Counted from the stretch's first letter, positions 23,531-35,578 are shown. The stretch: DNA of 64,000 nucleotides from Asterias rubens (GCF_902459465.1 NC_047063.1:10540001-10604000); one strand, 5' to 3'. Numbers and translations are program-made. The notes: generated from the letters alone by a model not told the origin.

Positions 23531-25206
23531 GTGTCCCATGGAAATCGGTCCGCCCGGAGATTCTGTCCCCAATGGAAAAAAATTAGCGTGAGCTGAAGAA
23601 GGATGTTTCAAAAGAGGGCGCAATAATCAGAAGTAGTTTGTACACAGTTCGCCGCACGGGACGGGGGACCGAATCTCCGGGGGGGGGGGGGGGGGCACAG
23701 GATCTCCTGGCAGAGATTCTGTGCCCCTCCCCCCCCCCCCCGAGATTCTGTGCCCCCCCCCCGGAGATTTGGTCTCCCAATGGCAAACTGTATAAGATCT
23801 TCTTCTGAGTATTGAGCGCCCTGTTTTGAATCATCCTCCGGACCATTTATTATGGTGGACCATCCAATCGGCGGAAATAATATACCCACCTCTTTTGCTT
23901 TTTTTTGGTATTATTAAGACACGCCTTATTTCCCTCTCATTGTATGTTTTCCATGTCATCTTGTTGAATGTTACGAATTTCCTTTATTGAACTGATGAGG
24001 AAATATCTGTGTTGTTATTTTGTATATAGAAGTTCCCCCTCCTGCAAAGAATTCATAGGAATCGCATAACACGTCTAGACACTGAGTTGGGGGGGGGGGG
24101 CGTATGGGATGGGCCTACCCCAGAAATGAACTTCAAGTGCACATGCTGTATTTTATGCAACACAAATTAGGTATGGTATTGCAAAAGTTACCCATGCATG
24201 GGTAACTTTTGCATATCAACTTTTGCGAAATATTCATGTGAGGCGCCAAATTAATTCGCCTTCCAATCCAGAGCTGTGTTCCAATCGCATGGAGGAGGCC
24301 CTCTGGAGGCTCTCGAAGCCCCATGCCATCTCGGATCGGTCAAGTCAGGTGCAAAACCCACTCAAATTGTTGGCGGTCCTCAGTAAGACTCGAACCATCT
24401 GGGTCGCCAAAGAAGACTGAATGGGATACTCTCATCTCCGTATGAACTCGTGCTTTGGCACAGCAACGAAAATAGTAGGTCTATTATGCTTTAAAGGGTA
24501 AATGGTGCACTTATGGCAATCTTTATTGACTCTTGCTTAATGCTAGCTTGGCTTTCACAACAAACACATGTGCTTGCATGGAACCATAGACAAAAAATCA
24601 GGTACCGATTATCGCTCATGCTATAGATACTTACTATATTATATGAGTCAGGGTGCCCGACTGGTGTTGCTGCTGTCACGCGGTGTTCTTTAAAAATGGC
24701 CTACAGTCGCGCTGGATGACTGATATGTGAGCATTTAATATCGTTTGATGTATATTCTGTGACATTTATGGAGCCTTAAGTAAGCTTGATTGTGTAGCTT
24801 ATTAAGCAAAGAATGTAGAATATGAATTGACCTAGTGCTATTGGATCCAGTGTAAAAACCTGAAATAGTCTTAAAATAAAACGAAAATACAACTTCTCTA
24901 AATATAGCCCCATGTGAGAAAATTCACACGCAAAATTCACTTGATTTTTACTCAAAGTCTGTGATACCTATTTGAACAATTCCAAGTGTAGTGCTATCTG
25001 CAACTTCTGAAGCATTAGATCGGTAAGTTTCATGATGCAGAACGTTGCAGATGGTTTTTCAAGGAAGCGAAAGGTTTTGATATCAATCAGTGGTGCTGGG
25101 GCCAAGGATACGGAGTGGATTGGACCGAGTTATGGGGCTACTCTAAATAGTAAAATTTAAAAACAATTGTTTGATTTTGTTTGATTGATTAAATGTTCTT
25201 CAGGAA

Positions 25207-25330
25207 AGGTTTCCATATTACGCCACCATTTTTTCATTCAATATGAAATAATATAGTATCTAATTTACCTCCATGAGATATCCCTTTTTATAGAAATTAG
25301 TGAAAAAGTGATGGCGCCATACGGAAAGTT
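25207..25330. mobile_element. Short MITE, family C (AACTTTCCGTATGGCGCCACC-type TIR)
   Basis: Ends match the TIRs of 56035-57057. Confidence 0.65.
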
Positions 25331-26387
25331 ATCCGACCAACCATGCGACGAACTGTGTACAAAATTCCTGATTGCGCCCTCTTCTGAATCAACCTCCTCC
25401 AGTCATGTTAATTTTGTACTTCATTTGCATTTTATTTAATTTTGCACAGTTGCAATCTCTAAAGCGGTTTCCATCATCGACAAGTAGATGTCTGACCTTT
25501 ACAGCTTCCTGACAACTCAATGAGTCTGGTATCTGCAAGAACTCGTCTCTCTGTTAAAGGTAACTGAACTGAAACAGTCAAACAAATCACGTTAATTAAC
25601 AATCTATTTATTGATACTTAGGGGTCCATTTCACAAGTTTAGTTGTTTACAATCACTAAATTAGTGTCTTCACAACGCTGTGACTTGTTATGAGAGTTAA
25701 ATTGTAAATCAGAGTTATTTCCAGTTTGGAGCAATGAAGTTTTACGATAAATGTTAGAAATGTACTACAATAAATGTGTCAGTCATTCAGGAATAGGACA
25801 CATAACACTCACTGTTTCATTTTCATTTATATATTATTTTGTTTTCTTTTGAATAGAAATGTTCCTTTGGAAAAAAATTACATGACCAAAAAAGGCAGAT
25901 GAGAAAGAAAAAAAAAACACAAAATGGAAAAAAAGTTTGCATGTTGTACCACTTTGGGTATGTCTGAGTTTGAGTACAGATCACCAGACAATACAGGTAA
26001 AAACAAAATTTATTATCAATAATTTGACTAACAAAGCGAAAAAACAACTATTTCAAAATAGAGTGTGTATTTTCATGACTGGTTTTAAAATATTATTGGA
26101 AATCTCTTATTTTGTATTTTGTTTGCATTTACACACAGAGGGTTTCCATCTCCAAAAGGATCTGCTCATCAATAAGAAGATTTCCGACCTTCATTTCTGA
26201 AAACACAAGGAGTCTGACCTTCAAGATATCATCTCTTCTTTACAAGGTTAAACTGAAACTCATTAACAGTAAAGCAATTAAATCATACTCTATTATTGAT
26301 TTCTTTAGGTCTGGTATTTCACAGAGGCTAACACCTCCATGACCCTATAGAATTAGTCATCGCCTTCATGTATTTCAAATTGTTCAG

Positions 26388-26749
26388 TTAGAGCCATTGG
26401 ACACTTTCGGTCGTAAAAAAAAAAAAAGTTCACAGATTTACAAATAACTTACAGGGTTTACAGAAGGTAATGGTGACAGACTTGATTCCAAATTGATTCC
26501 ATGAAATGCTTTACTTTTTGAGAAAACATTAAAACAATATAAATTCTCGATATCGAGAATTACGGATTTATTTTAAACACGTGTCATGACACGGCAGAAA
26601 CATGGGTGGGTTTTCTCGTTATATTCTCCCGACTCCGATGACCGATTGAGCCTAAATTTTCACAGGTTTGTTATTTTATATAGAAGTTGTGTTACACGAA
26701 GTGTGGACCTTGGACAATACTGTTTACCGAAAGTGTCCAATGGCTTTAA
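26388..26749. mobile_element. TTAA-flanked MITE related to family A
   Basis: TTAGAGCCATTGGACACTTTCGG ... CCGAAAGTGTCCAATGGCTTTAA. Confidence 0.75.
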
Positions 26750-26814
26750 AGATTGGAAGATTCCCTTTACAATTAGTAAACTAGTATGCTTTGGCTGGAT
26801 CATCCTGCCATCAC

Positions 26815-27101
26815 CTGGGCCCAATTTCATAGCGCTGCTTAGAAGCCAATTATATGCTTACTGTGTGATTTCCATTTCATAGCGCTGTTAACCAAAAGCA
26901 CCTGAAAGGCATGCTAACCTTGTGCTGCTTACCGTACACAAATAAATGACGTCAAAATGCAAATCCATGGTAAACGCGCAATATGGCCGCCCACTGTTTC
27001 TGCTAACTTGTGAAATACGCTTGCACCTTAGCAAATTTTTCTGTGACAGTAAGCACAAAAATTTGCTTACCATTAAGCAGCGCTATGAAATTTGGGCCCT
27101 G
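26815..27101. mobile_element. MITE, family B (CWGGGCCCAATTTCAT TIR)
   Basis: ~27-bp TIRs; other copies at 58439-58664 and 60941-61135. Confidence 0.8.
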
Positions 27102-27456
27102 TTGGTGTATAGGCCGATCATCTATTCGGTAAGTGCTACACCCTGCTACGTTGTGAGGTCTCGAAATTAAATTGTGGAAAATTACTTCTTTTTTGAAAAC
27201 TACGTTACTTCAGAGGGAGCTGTTTCTCACAATGTTTTACACTATCAACAGCTCTCCATTACTCGTTACCAAGTAAGCTTTGGACTAAAAATTATGTTGA
27301 GAAGTTACCATTAGTTTACACTGCCTTAATGGCCAGGGAACAATACAGTGGCCTCAGCCTCTTGTGCCATTGGTGTCTTGTCAAATGCTTTCCATAGACT
27401 TTCTGATTGTATGATGGAAATGATGATATTTGCAAGACGAAAGTAACCTTGCTCCC

Positions 27457-27604
27457 AATGGTAGACTTTGGAACGCTAGGTGGCAGCAGACTTACCAGGT
27501 AAACTCTCACTGTTTACGTAGTTCTGAGCATGCGCACATTACTGAGAACAATGGATTTTACCTGGTAAGTCTGCTGCCACCAAGCGTCCCAAAAGTCTCC
27601 CATT
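27457..27604. mobile_element. Small hairpin MITE with ~47-bp TIRs
   Basis: GGTGGCAGCAGACTTACCAGGTAAA is inverted to TTTACCTGGTAAGTCTGCTGCCACC. Confidence 0.8.
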
Positions 27605-27904
27605 AAAGCTGAAATTCCAGGCCCTAAATAATTTATGTTCTTTTTCTTGTACACAGCCAGTCAACCTTATCAAATGAGACCCAGCACTGGTAATGGTGAA
27701 TGATGTGCAGTGGACAACAACCTGGCATTTTAACTGGTAAATTCATTAAAATTCTGCTACTATCAGTGTATTTTCTGAGATAACTAATCAGTATCTCACT
27801 TTTAGCTCTGTTCACTTCAACAGCAGCAAATGGTGATGCTAATTTAAATTATAGTATTTTAGTTAGTCCTTTAACATAAGAATCAAAATATACTGGGTAT
27901 GCTC

Positions 27905-28130
27905 GTTCGAGGTTCAAGGTTCATTTTATTTTCAACAGTATCAACAAATAAAATACATTATCACTCAAGAGCGATCAGTTTAAAGAATACAGTACAGTAA
28001 AGATATATCAAGATGAAAATAAATATGAAACCGCAGAGGGATCGATTTTTAGAAGCAAACTAAAATAGTAAAAATATATATCTCAATGCACATGCATTTA
28101 AACTCAATAAGACACTTAAGTAAACACTTA
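27905..28130 (-). mobile_element. 3' end of a retroposon with a (TGAACCT)n-type tail
   Basis: GGTTCAAGGTTCATTTTATTTTCAACAGTATC; the same end recurs in the 2-kb units at about 46315, 48620, 50600 and 52430. Confidence 0.5.
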
Positions 28131-28136
28131 ACAACA

Positions 28137-28521
28137 GACGATAGTGGACACTATTGGTAATTACTCAAAATAATTATTAGCATAAAACCTTACTTTGTAA
28201 CGAGTAATGGAGAGATGTTGATAGTATAAAAGATTGCGAGAAACTGCTCCCTCTGAAGTAACTAACATAGTGTTCAAGAAAGAAGTAATTTTAAACAAAT
28301 TTGATTTCAAGACCTCGCTAGATTTTGAGGTCTTGAAATCAAACACATCTGAAAGCACACAACTTCGTATGACAAGGGTATTTTTTCTTTCATTATTATC
28401 TCTAAACTACGACGACCAATTAAGCTTAAACTTTCACAGGTTTGTTATTTTTTGCATATGTTGATACACCTAGTGAGAAGACTGGTCTTTGACAATTACC
28501 AATAGTGTCTAGTGTCTTTAA
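28137..28521 (-). mobile_element. Family A MITE, reverse orientation
   Basis: Same TIRs, body inverted. Confidence 0.8.
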
Positions 28522-28699
28522 GTACCGACTGAAACTGAATGATCACACACACAGAGAATACCCCCAAGGGAAAGGGCGGGAAATGTGGGCGAGGATCCCT
28601 GGTGGAGGGGACCACCCGTTCCCGGTCAGTACTGTACATCTTTAGAAAATAAGTACTTGGTAAATTCATACATGTACATATCTGTTCACTCATCTAAAT

Positions 28700-29120
28700 A
28701 AGATTCCATTGTGTCCGATTTAAAGACACGGTTAAAGATAGATAACTTTTGGAAACTCTTAGGTGTTCATTGATTTCGTTTCACAGCATGGGTCCCTCAT
28801 GTTTAATAGTTTCATGAGCGAGGGAAGTACGAGTGTAAGGAATGTGAAATTTAGAAGCTTGGCGTGTAGAATGAGAATGAAAATCTGAATTTAAAGAAAA
28901 AATGGATTTAATTGCAGGAGTTTATTTTTTTGCCTGACAGCCGATGTATCAGGGACACAAGCTCTAGGCGATAAATATCCATCACTTTCGAAGTGTTATA
29001 CTTGATGAAAAGGGGGTCTGAATGTGCATTAAAATCTGTAAAATTCATAATATGAAGAGCTAGTTTCTGCAAGATAAGAAGTCGATTGAGATTTGTAGCA
29101 GAACTAGAAAACATTAACCT
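28700..29120 (-). mobile_element. 5'-truncated, decayed non-LTR retrotransposon (CR1/L2-like) ORF2 C-terminus
   Basis: TNLNRLLILQKLALHIMNF...HSDPLF...DIY followed by NSDFHSHSTRQ...RT...GPML*N matches the conserved post-RT tail of CR1/L2/Jockey-group ORF2; stop codons and frameshift present. Confidence 0.8.
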
Positions 29121-29140
29121 TGTTCTCGCAATTCAGGCTC

Positions 29141-29391
29141 ATATCCGGGGGCACATCCAGTGGGCCAGCTAGGGGGAACATCCAGGGGGCTTATCCAGGT
29201 GGCACATCCAGGGGGCACATCCAGTGGGCACATCCAGGGGGCACATCCAGGGGGCACATCCAGGGGGCACATCCAGGGGGGCACATCCAGGGGGCACATC
29301 CAGGGGGCACATCCAAGGGGCACATCCAAGGGGGCACATCCAAGGGGGCACATCCAAGGGGGCACATCCAGGGGGCACATCCAGGGGGCAC
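29141..29391 (+). repeat. GC-rich 13-14-bp minisatellite (CACATCCAGGGGG)n, about 19 copies
   Basis: Direct inspection; explains the six overlapping spurious ORFs at 29114-29492. Confidence 0.95.
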
Positions 29392-30074
29392 GCGTTGATA
29401 TGTTATTAACAAATAGTTTTACTCAACCTGTTCACTTGTTAAAATGTAGGATGCCAAGGTTAAGCATGACCTCAAAAGCAGGAAAACAATAATTTCAAAA
29501 TGGCGTTTGTATTTTCATGATTAATTAATGTTAATTGGAGAATCTTTTTTATTGGTTTGCATACACAGTGAGGGCGGCCTTCCAAACGGCCCCTTTATGA
29601 ACAAGAAGATGTTTGACCCTTATAGCGGCCTGAGAGCACAAGGAGTCTGGTCTGCAAGAACTCATCCCTCCTTTAAAAGGTAACTGAAACTCATAAAGAG
29701 TCTAACAAATATCTTCTTCAGGGGCAGATTTCCCTGATTCCGCATGTTTTTTTTTTGTTTTCACTTTTTCTCGGTCTAGCCTTGAATGTGTGACTCGACT
29801 TTTTATTTTTGCACGATACACACTTCGAGAAACCGTAGCGGGTGCTAGGGTTGTGATTTTGGCATGTCAGTAGGGGACTAGACCCAAAGTAAAAGGCAGA
29901 AAATGTGACTTTGAAAGATGCCATCATGTTAGGATGTTCAGGCTAGACTTACATTAGGCACTACACATACATGCAATAACTAGTGCATAGACTTGCGAGT
30001 AGCCACCTGGCATGCAACATCAGACGATTCAATAAAATAGCCATTAAAATAGATATTGTTTAGCAACGATTCAA

Positions 30075-30180
30075 TAAACATACAAACATACATAAACACA
30101 TCATACATACGTACAAAAAAACACATCGTACATACATACACCCCCACATACATGCACACATACATGCATACATACACAAA
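30075..30180 (+). repeat. Degenerate (CATA)n microsatellite
   Basis: Low-complexity ACATAC runs. Confidence 0.7.
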
Positions 30181-30682
30181 CAAGTTAGTTTTATGTACCG
30201 CCATTCCATGAAGATCACAGCAATAACCAAAGCATGATATAAAAATCCAAAGCCGAATCAAATGTATAACAGTGTCATCATGCAAAAAAACATACATGCC
30301 AATTTATAGGCCTGCTAGAAACATTTTCTTGAAAATTCAAAGAAGTCATACATACCCCCAGACAGTTTCGATATTCCTTAAGATGGAAAGCATGTCACCT
30401 TGGGATGTTTAGACGGTTGGTGAAGGCACAGCTAGAACTGTATATAACTGGTTGTTTTTTCGGATAGCACTGGTACGGGTTAGCCCATGGATGCGCGGCT
30501 CCATTACTATGGGCACAAATGCTATCCAAAAACTGTCTCATAAAAATGCACCTCACATAACAGAGCTCAAGACCCGTTGTAAACAGATAAGTTTTTACAA
30601 AGTTTCCTACTTTATTACGCCTTTTAACCAAAATGGAATTTATGAATGTGAATATGCATTTATAAATGGGAATGTGTAGTGC

Positions 30683-30774
30683 CTCGTTCTTAAACGGCCG
30701 TTTAAAACCCTTTGCTCGGTCCTTTATCGCTCAGCCACGACCTTGCCGGTTTTAAACGACCATTTAAGAACTCG
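30683..30774. mobile_element. ~90-120-bp hairpin mini-element (GTTCTTAAACGGCCGTTT-type TIR); other copies at 32538-32606 (half) and 63881-64000
   Basis: ~25-bp imperfect TIRs; shared internal motif GGTCGTGGC...TAAAGG. Confidence 0.65.
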
Positions 30775-31307
30775 ACACTCATTGTTGAACCAACATAATG
30801 TGATTCTTAACGACTCTAATTATTTATTCAGCTTCTCAGAGACCAGGCCATTCCTTCCACTCATTTATTCCCTTATTATTGAACCAACATAATTGGAAAC
30901 TTGATGGCTGTAAGAGTTTATTCAGCTTTCCAGAGACTAGGCTGCTCAATAAGTATTGCTTAGCAACAACTCAATAAACCAAGCCTCTGATAAATCCAAA
31001 GCTAAGTCAATTATTAAATAGTGTCATAAAAATAATGCGCAAAATATAATGGAAATTACCAATAAAAAAGTTATACGGGCATAATACCCTTAACTATTCA
31101 GCCACCATTTATAAGATGCACCTTGGCGCCTAACAGTTTCATATACAGTGAAGTCAGTGGTTGATTCAACTGCCATATAGCGATCTATTCAGCACACAGT
31201 TTTCAAATGTGACTAGACATCTTGAGCTAAAATTCAGGCCAAGATCATAGGAACAAGAGCTTCTGACTTTTCATTTATTTGCGCAGGACTTGGTTATTAT
31301 TACCAGT

Positions 31308-31467
31308 ATGTTGGTATTTACCGCTTACAAGAACGAATCTTTCTTAATACTTGTCGCTGTTTTCTTTGTGGGGATGCGGGCCTTGTGTCCTTAATGACGC
31401 ATCCCGCCTGGAGGCTGACGTCACTGATTTCGAAGACTTGAAGGGCTGCTCCTTCTTAGAACTGTAA
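31308..31467 (+). pseudogene. Internally deleted paralog of the lectin-PAN gene
   Basis: The signal-peptide codons join directly to the last PAN codons; 584 nt corresponding to 33270-33853 are missing, creating TAA at 31392-31394 (28-aa ORF). Confidence 0.9.
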
Positions 31468-33185
31468 AATGATCAACGCAAGTATGAATGGATATGCCTG
31501 AATTAAGTTTGACTTTAAGGACTTGCTTTGTGAAAACTTTCAAAAACAATGTAGGTCATCTGTAACACAGAGGCATTCAGTAAAGTGTTCCTTCTGAGTG
31601 GGTTCGGAAGACAGTTCAAAACATCTTACCTCATCACCTTTAGTTTCTCATCACCACTGTGTCTGTTTTGGTGAAGTGGTCAACGTTTATGGCGTTATGC
31701 TAGATATAGACATCTATTTGTGGAACCCACATTTTGAAGACTTTGGTAAAGTGGGCAGCTAGATGTACTCATTTGATTGTGACATGACTACATTGAGTCT
31801 AAACTCGGATCTTGTAAATTCCTGTTCAAAACCGGAAAGGAGAAACATTGTGATTGCTTGATTTCTGTTGGTTCAGGTTACCACCAGTCTAGTGGTCAAT
31901 GCAAACATTGGGTGTGGTCAGTCGTGGTGGGCGGAGCCTATTTACCACTCCTCATTTGTCTTGTATTTTGAGAATTCTATAACTATCATCAGTCACAGAA
32001 CATTGTTAATTGTTCCTCTTTGTTAAACTGTAACTGTTTAAATGAAGCCACTACACAACTTTGTCATTGGTATTATCTCTAAACTTGACATCAGAATGGA
32101 GTTTGAGTTCTTATTTACATTTTAAGTATGATTGGCTGAAGCAGACTGATAGTGTCAACCTGTTACTTAGCAACGACTACGGATAAACAATACTACAGAT
32201 AAAAAATAAATTAGCAAACTTGTATAAAATGCATCTTGTTCTAATCGTTGCTGATAAATATATTTTTAAAAATAAATTAATCATTATAGCCCTTTTATAA
32301 TAGGCAACTCTTCTTGTAAGCTGAGGTGACATGACGTTTTTACGCACTGAGAACATCTATCATTCAATGATCTGCCACCTTTTGCCTAAGTGAGGAGCTA
32401 TTTTGAGGGTGTGATTTCATGTGGAGGGGGCCTACTATTACACATGAACTTTAAGCCATTGTTAAAGTTGCACTGATCTCTCATTAATGAAACTTCATCA
32501 GTTTTCAAAGGTCATAAAATTACCATCTTATATTTGATTGCAGGGTCGTGGCCGTCTGCTAAAGGCCCTCAGCCCTGCTCGATTTAAACGGCTGTTTAAG
32601 AACTCGTCACTATCCTTTTATACCCTTAGTATTAAACCAACATAATTTGATTCTTGACGACTCTAAGAATTTTTTCAGCTTCCCAGAGACAAGGCCTTTC
32701 AAAAGGTGATGCTTCCAATCATTTATTCCCTTATTATTGAACCAACATAATTGGAAACTTGATGACTCTAATAGTTTATTCAGCTTTCCAGAGACAAGGC
32801 TGCTCAATAAGTATTGCTTAGCAACAACTTAATAAACAAAGCCTATGATAAATCCAAAGCTCAGTCAATTATTAAATGGTGTCATAATGCTCAAACTGAA
32901 AATGGAAATTACCAATAAAAACTGTATACGGGCATAGTAGCTCCTATCTAGCCACCATTTATAAGATGCACCTTGGCGCCTAACAGTTTCATTTGCAGTG
33001 AAGTCAATGGTTGATTCAACTGCCATATAGCGATCTATCCAGCACACAGTTTTCAAATGTGACTAGACATCTTGAGCTAAAATTCAGGCTGAACTTTGAT
33101 TCAATCCAAGATCGTAGGAACAAGGGCTTCTGACTTTTCATTTATTTGCGCAGGAGTTGGGTCAACGGCTATTATAATTACCAGT

Positions 33186-33929
33186 ATGTTGGTATTTACA
33201 GGTTGCAAGAACAAATCTTTATGTTTACTTGTCGCTGTTTTCTTTGTGAGGATGCGGGCCTTGTGTCCTCCCGGCTGGGTTACTTGGCAAGACTCCTGCT
33301 ACATCTTACTGCCTGAGAAGATGAATTGGACCAATGCGTTCAGTGTTTGCGATCGTCCTGGAAGCGCCATGGCTATACCTGAATCTCAAAAGGAACAAGA
33401 TTTTATTTGGCTAGAAATGAAAACACAGGCGATACAAAATGGTCTGATTGAAGAAGATGAAAACTGTCTTTGGATTGGGTGTAAGAAAGATCTGATGAAT
33501 CCTGGACAACTGTCATGTCCTGGTAAGAAAGTTGATTCCAACTACACTAATTGGCGGAAAAACACTTATCGCCATGAGGGCCAGGACTGCATCATAATGC
33601 AATCAAACCACAAAGGTAAATGGGGAGATGGTACCTGTAAACATACCGTTTTCGCTGCTTGTGAGATGCGCGTCCCTCCTCCCATGTACTGTCTGACAGC
33701 TGACGTTGACGGTCGCTTCACACCGCAGTGTCTGCTGAACCATGACATCAAGAACCTGACAACCAAGGGAGTCATTGGGTGTGGTCAGGCGTGCTGGGCG
33801 GAGCCTCGATGCCACTCCTTCAATCTTTGGCAGCAGGGTAAGAAATGTCAGCTTAATGACGCATCCCGCCTGGAGGCTGACGTCACTGATTTCAAGAACA
33901 TGAAGGGCTGCTCCTTCTTTGAACTATAA
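33186..33929 (+). CDS. Secreted C-type lectin domain + PAN/apple-like domain protein, 247 aa, uninterrupted CDS
   Basis: Hydrophobic leader MLVFTGCKNKSLCLLVAVFFVRMRA; CTLD hallmarks CPPGW...SCY, WIG, C..W..C..AACE; PAN-like CGQACWAEPRCHSFNL...CQLN. CTGAC branch point at 33130, pyrimidine tract and CAG at 33151-33153 suggest a 5' UTR intron, so ATG 33186 is the likely start. Confidence 0.88.
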   Translation: MLVFTGCKNKSLCLLVAVFFVRMRALCPPGWVTWQDSCYILLPEKMNWTNAFSVCDRPGSAMAIPESQKEQDFIWLEMKTQAIQNGLIEEDENCLWIGCKKDLMNPGQLSCPGKKVDSNYTNWRKNTYRHEGQDCIIMQSNHKGKWGDGTCKHTVFAACEMRVPPPMYCLTADVDGRFTPQCLLNHDIKNLTTKGVIGCGQACWAEPRCHSFNLWQQGKKCQLNDASRLEADVTDFKNMKGCSFFEL

Positions 33930-34480
33930 AACGATCATAGCAAGTATGAATAGACATGCCTGAAGTTTCAGTCGGACTTAAAGAACTTGCTTTGTGAACA
34001 TTTTTAAAACAATGTAGGTCATCTGTAACACAGAGGCATTCAGTGAAGTTACATGTTCCTTCTGAGTGGGTTCGGAAGACATTTCAAAACGTCTTACCTC
34101 ATCACCTTTAGTTTCTCATCACTGCTGTGTCCGTTTTGGTGAAGTGGTCGACATTTACGGCGTCTGCAAGATATAGACAATTGTTTGTGGAACCCACATT
34201 TTGATGACTTTGGTTAAGTGGGCAGCTAGATGTACTCATTTATTTGTGACATGACTACATTGAGTCTAAACTCGGATCTTGTAAATTCCTATTCAAAACC
34301 GGAAAGGAGAAACATTGTGATTGCTTGTTTTCTGTTGGTTCGGGTTACCACCAGCCTAGTTGCTGATGCAAACATTTGGTGTGGTCAGTCGTGGTGGGCG
34401 GAGCCTATTTACCACTCCTCTTTTGTCATGTATTTTGAGAATTCTATAATTATCATAATTGACCTGAAGAACATTGTGCC

Positions 34481-34866
34481 TTAAAGACAGTGGACACTAT
34501 TGGTAATTGTCAAAGACTAGTCTTCACAGTTGGTGTGTCTCAACATATGCATAAAATAACAATCCTGTGAAAATTTTAGCTCAATCGGTCGTCGAAGTTG
34601 CGAGATAATAATGAAAGAAAAAACACCCACGTCATACAAAGTTGTGTGCTTTCTGATGCTTGATTTCGAGACCTCAAATTCTAAACTTGAGGCCTCGAAA
34701 TCAAATTTGTGGAAAATTACTTCTTTCTCGAAAACTACGTCACTTCAGAGGGGGTTGGGTCTCACAATGTTTTATACTATCAACCTCTCCCCATTACTAG
34801 TAATCAAGAAAGGTTTTATGATGATTATTATTTTGAGTAATTACCAATAGTGTCCACTGCCTTTAA
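34481..34866 (+). mobile_element. Family A MITE present only in duplication unit B
   Basis: TTAA-flanked; absent from the colinear part of unit A. Confidence 0.85.
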
Positions 34867-35213
34867 ATTTGTTCCAATCGTTGCTGATAAATAAATTTAA
34901 ACATTTTTAAAGATAAATTTACCATTTATAGCCCTTTCATAACAGGGTGCTGTTTGAGGGTGTGAAGTCAGCAAGGGGGCCCATTATTACATGTGAACTT
35001 TGAGCCTTTGTAATAATCACACTGGTCACACATTTAAATTAAACTAAGGGTCTTTAAAATTACCATCTTAGATTTGATTGTAATTGTTTGAATGAGAATC
35101 GATGATACTAAAATATACACATGAAGACTGTTGGTTAACTGTCAATAAATTATCCTTGTATCAGTTCATAATGAGTTCATACTGTCAACCGCTAACTTCA
35201 CTGGTACATGCCC

Positions 35214-35578
35214 TTGAAGGGAAGGTACACGTTTGGTAATTACCCAAAACAAATGTTAACTTAAAAACTGACTGGGTAACAAGCATTGGAGAGCTGTTGA
35301 TAGTATAAAGCATTGTGAGAAACGGCTCCCCCTGAAGTACCATAGATTTTGAGAAAGAGGTAATTTCTCACTAAAACAATAAAAGACTTTTATTCCTATC
35401 TGAAAGCACACAAATTTGTCTAACAAGGGTGTTTTTTTCTCTCATAATTTTCTCGCAACTTCGATGACCAATTTAGCTCAAACATTCACAGGCTTGTTAT
35501 TTTATGCTTATGTAAGGATACACCAACAAGTGAGAAGACTGGTCTTTGACACTTGCCAAATGTGTACCTTCCCTTTAA
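35214..35578 (-). mobile_element. TTAA-flanked MITE, AGGGAAGGTACAC subfamily
   Basis: TIRs AGGGAAGGTACAC ... GTGTACCTTCCCT. Confidence 0.8.

Larger units (their letters stand above)
30683..35085 (+). repeat. Tandem segmental duplication; unit A ~30683-32540, unit B ~32541-35085
   Basis: Colinear upstream, gene and downstream blocks in both units, e.g. 30750-31300 vs 32585-33180, 31470-32010 vs 33930-34450, 32245-32540 vs 34870-35080. Confidence 0.85.

Noticed and set aside
29114-29492. Six overlapping Pro/Gly/Cys-rich ORFs
   Set aside because: Translations of the 13-bp minisatellite.
33096-33185. 30-aa N-terminal extension of the lectin ORF
   Set aside because: Non-ATG start that spans a branch point, pyrimidine tract and CAG; the signal peptide starts at ATG 33186.
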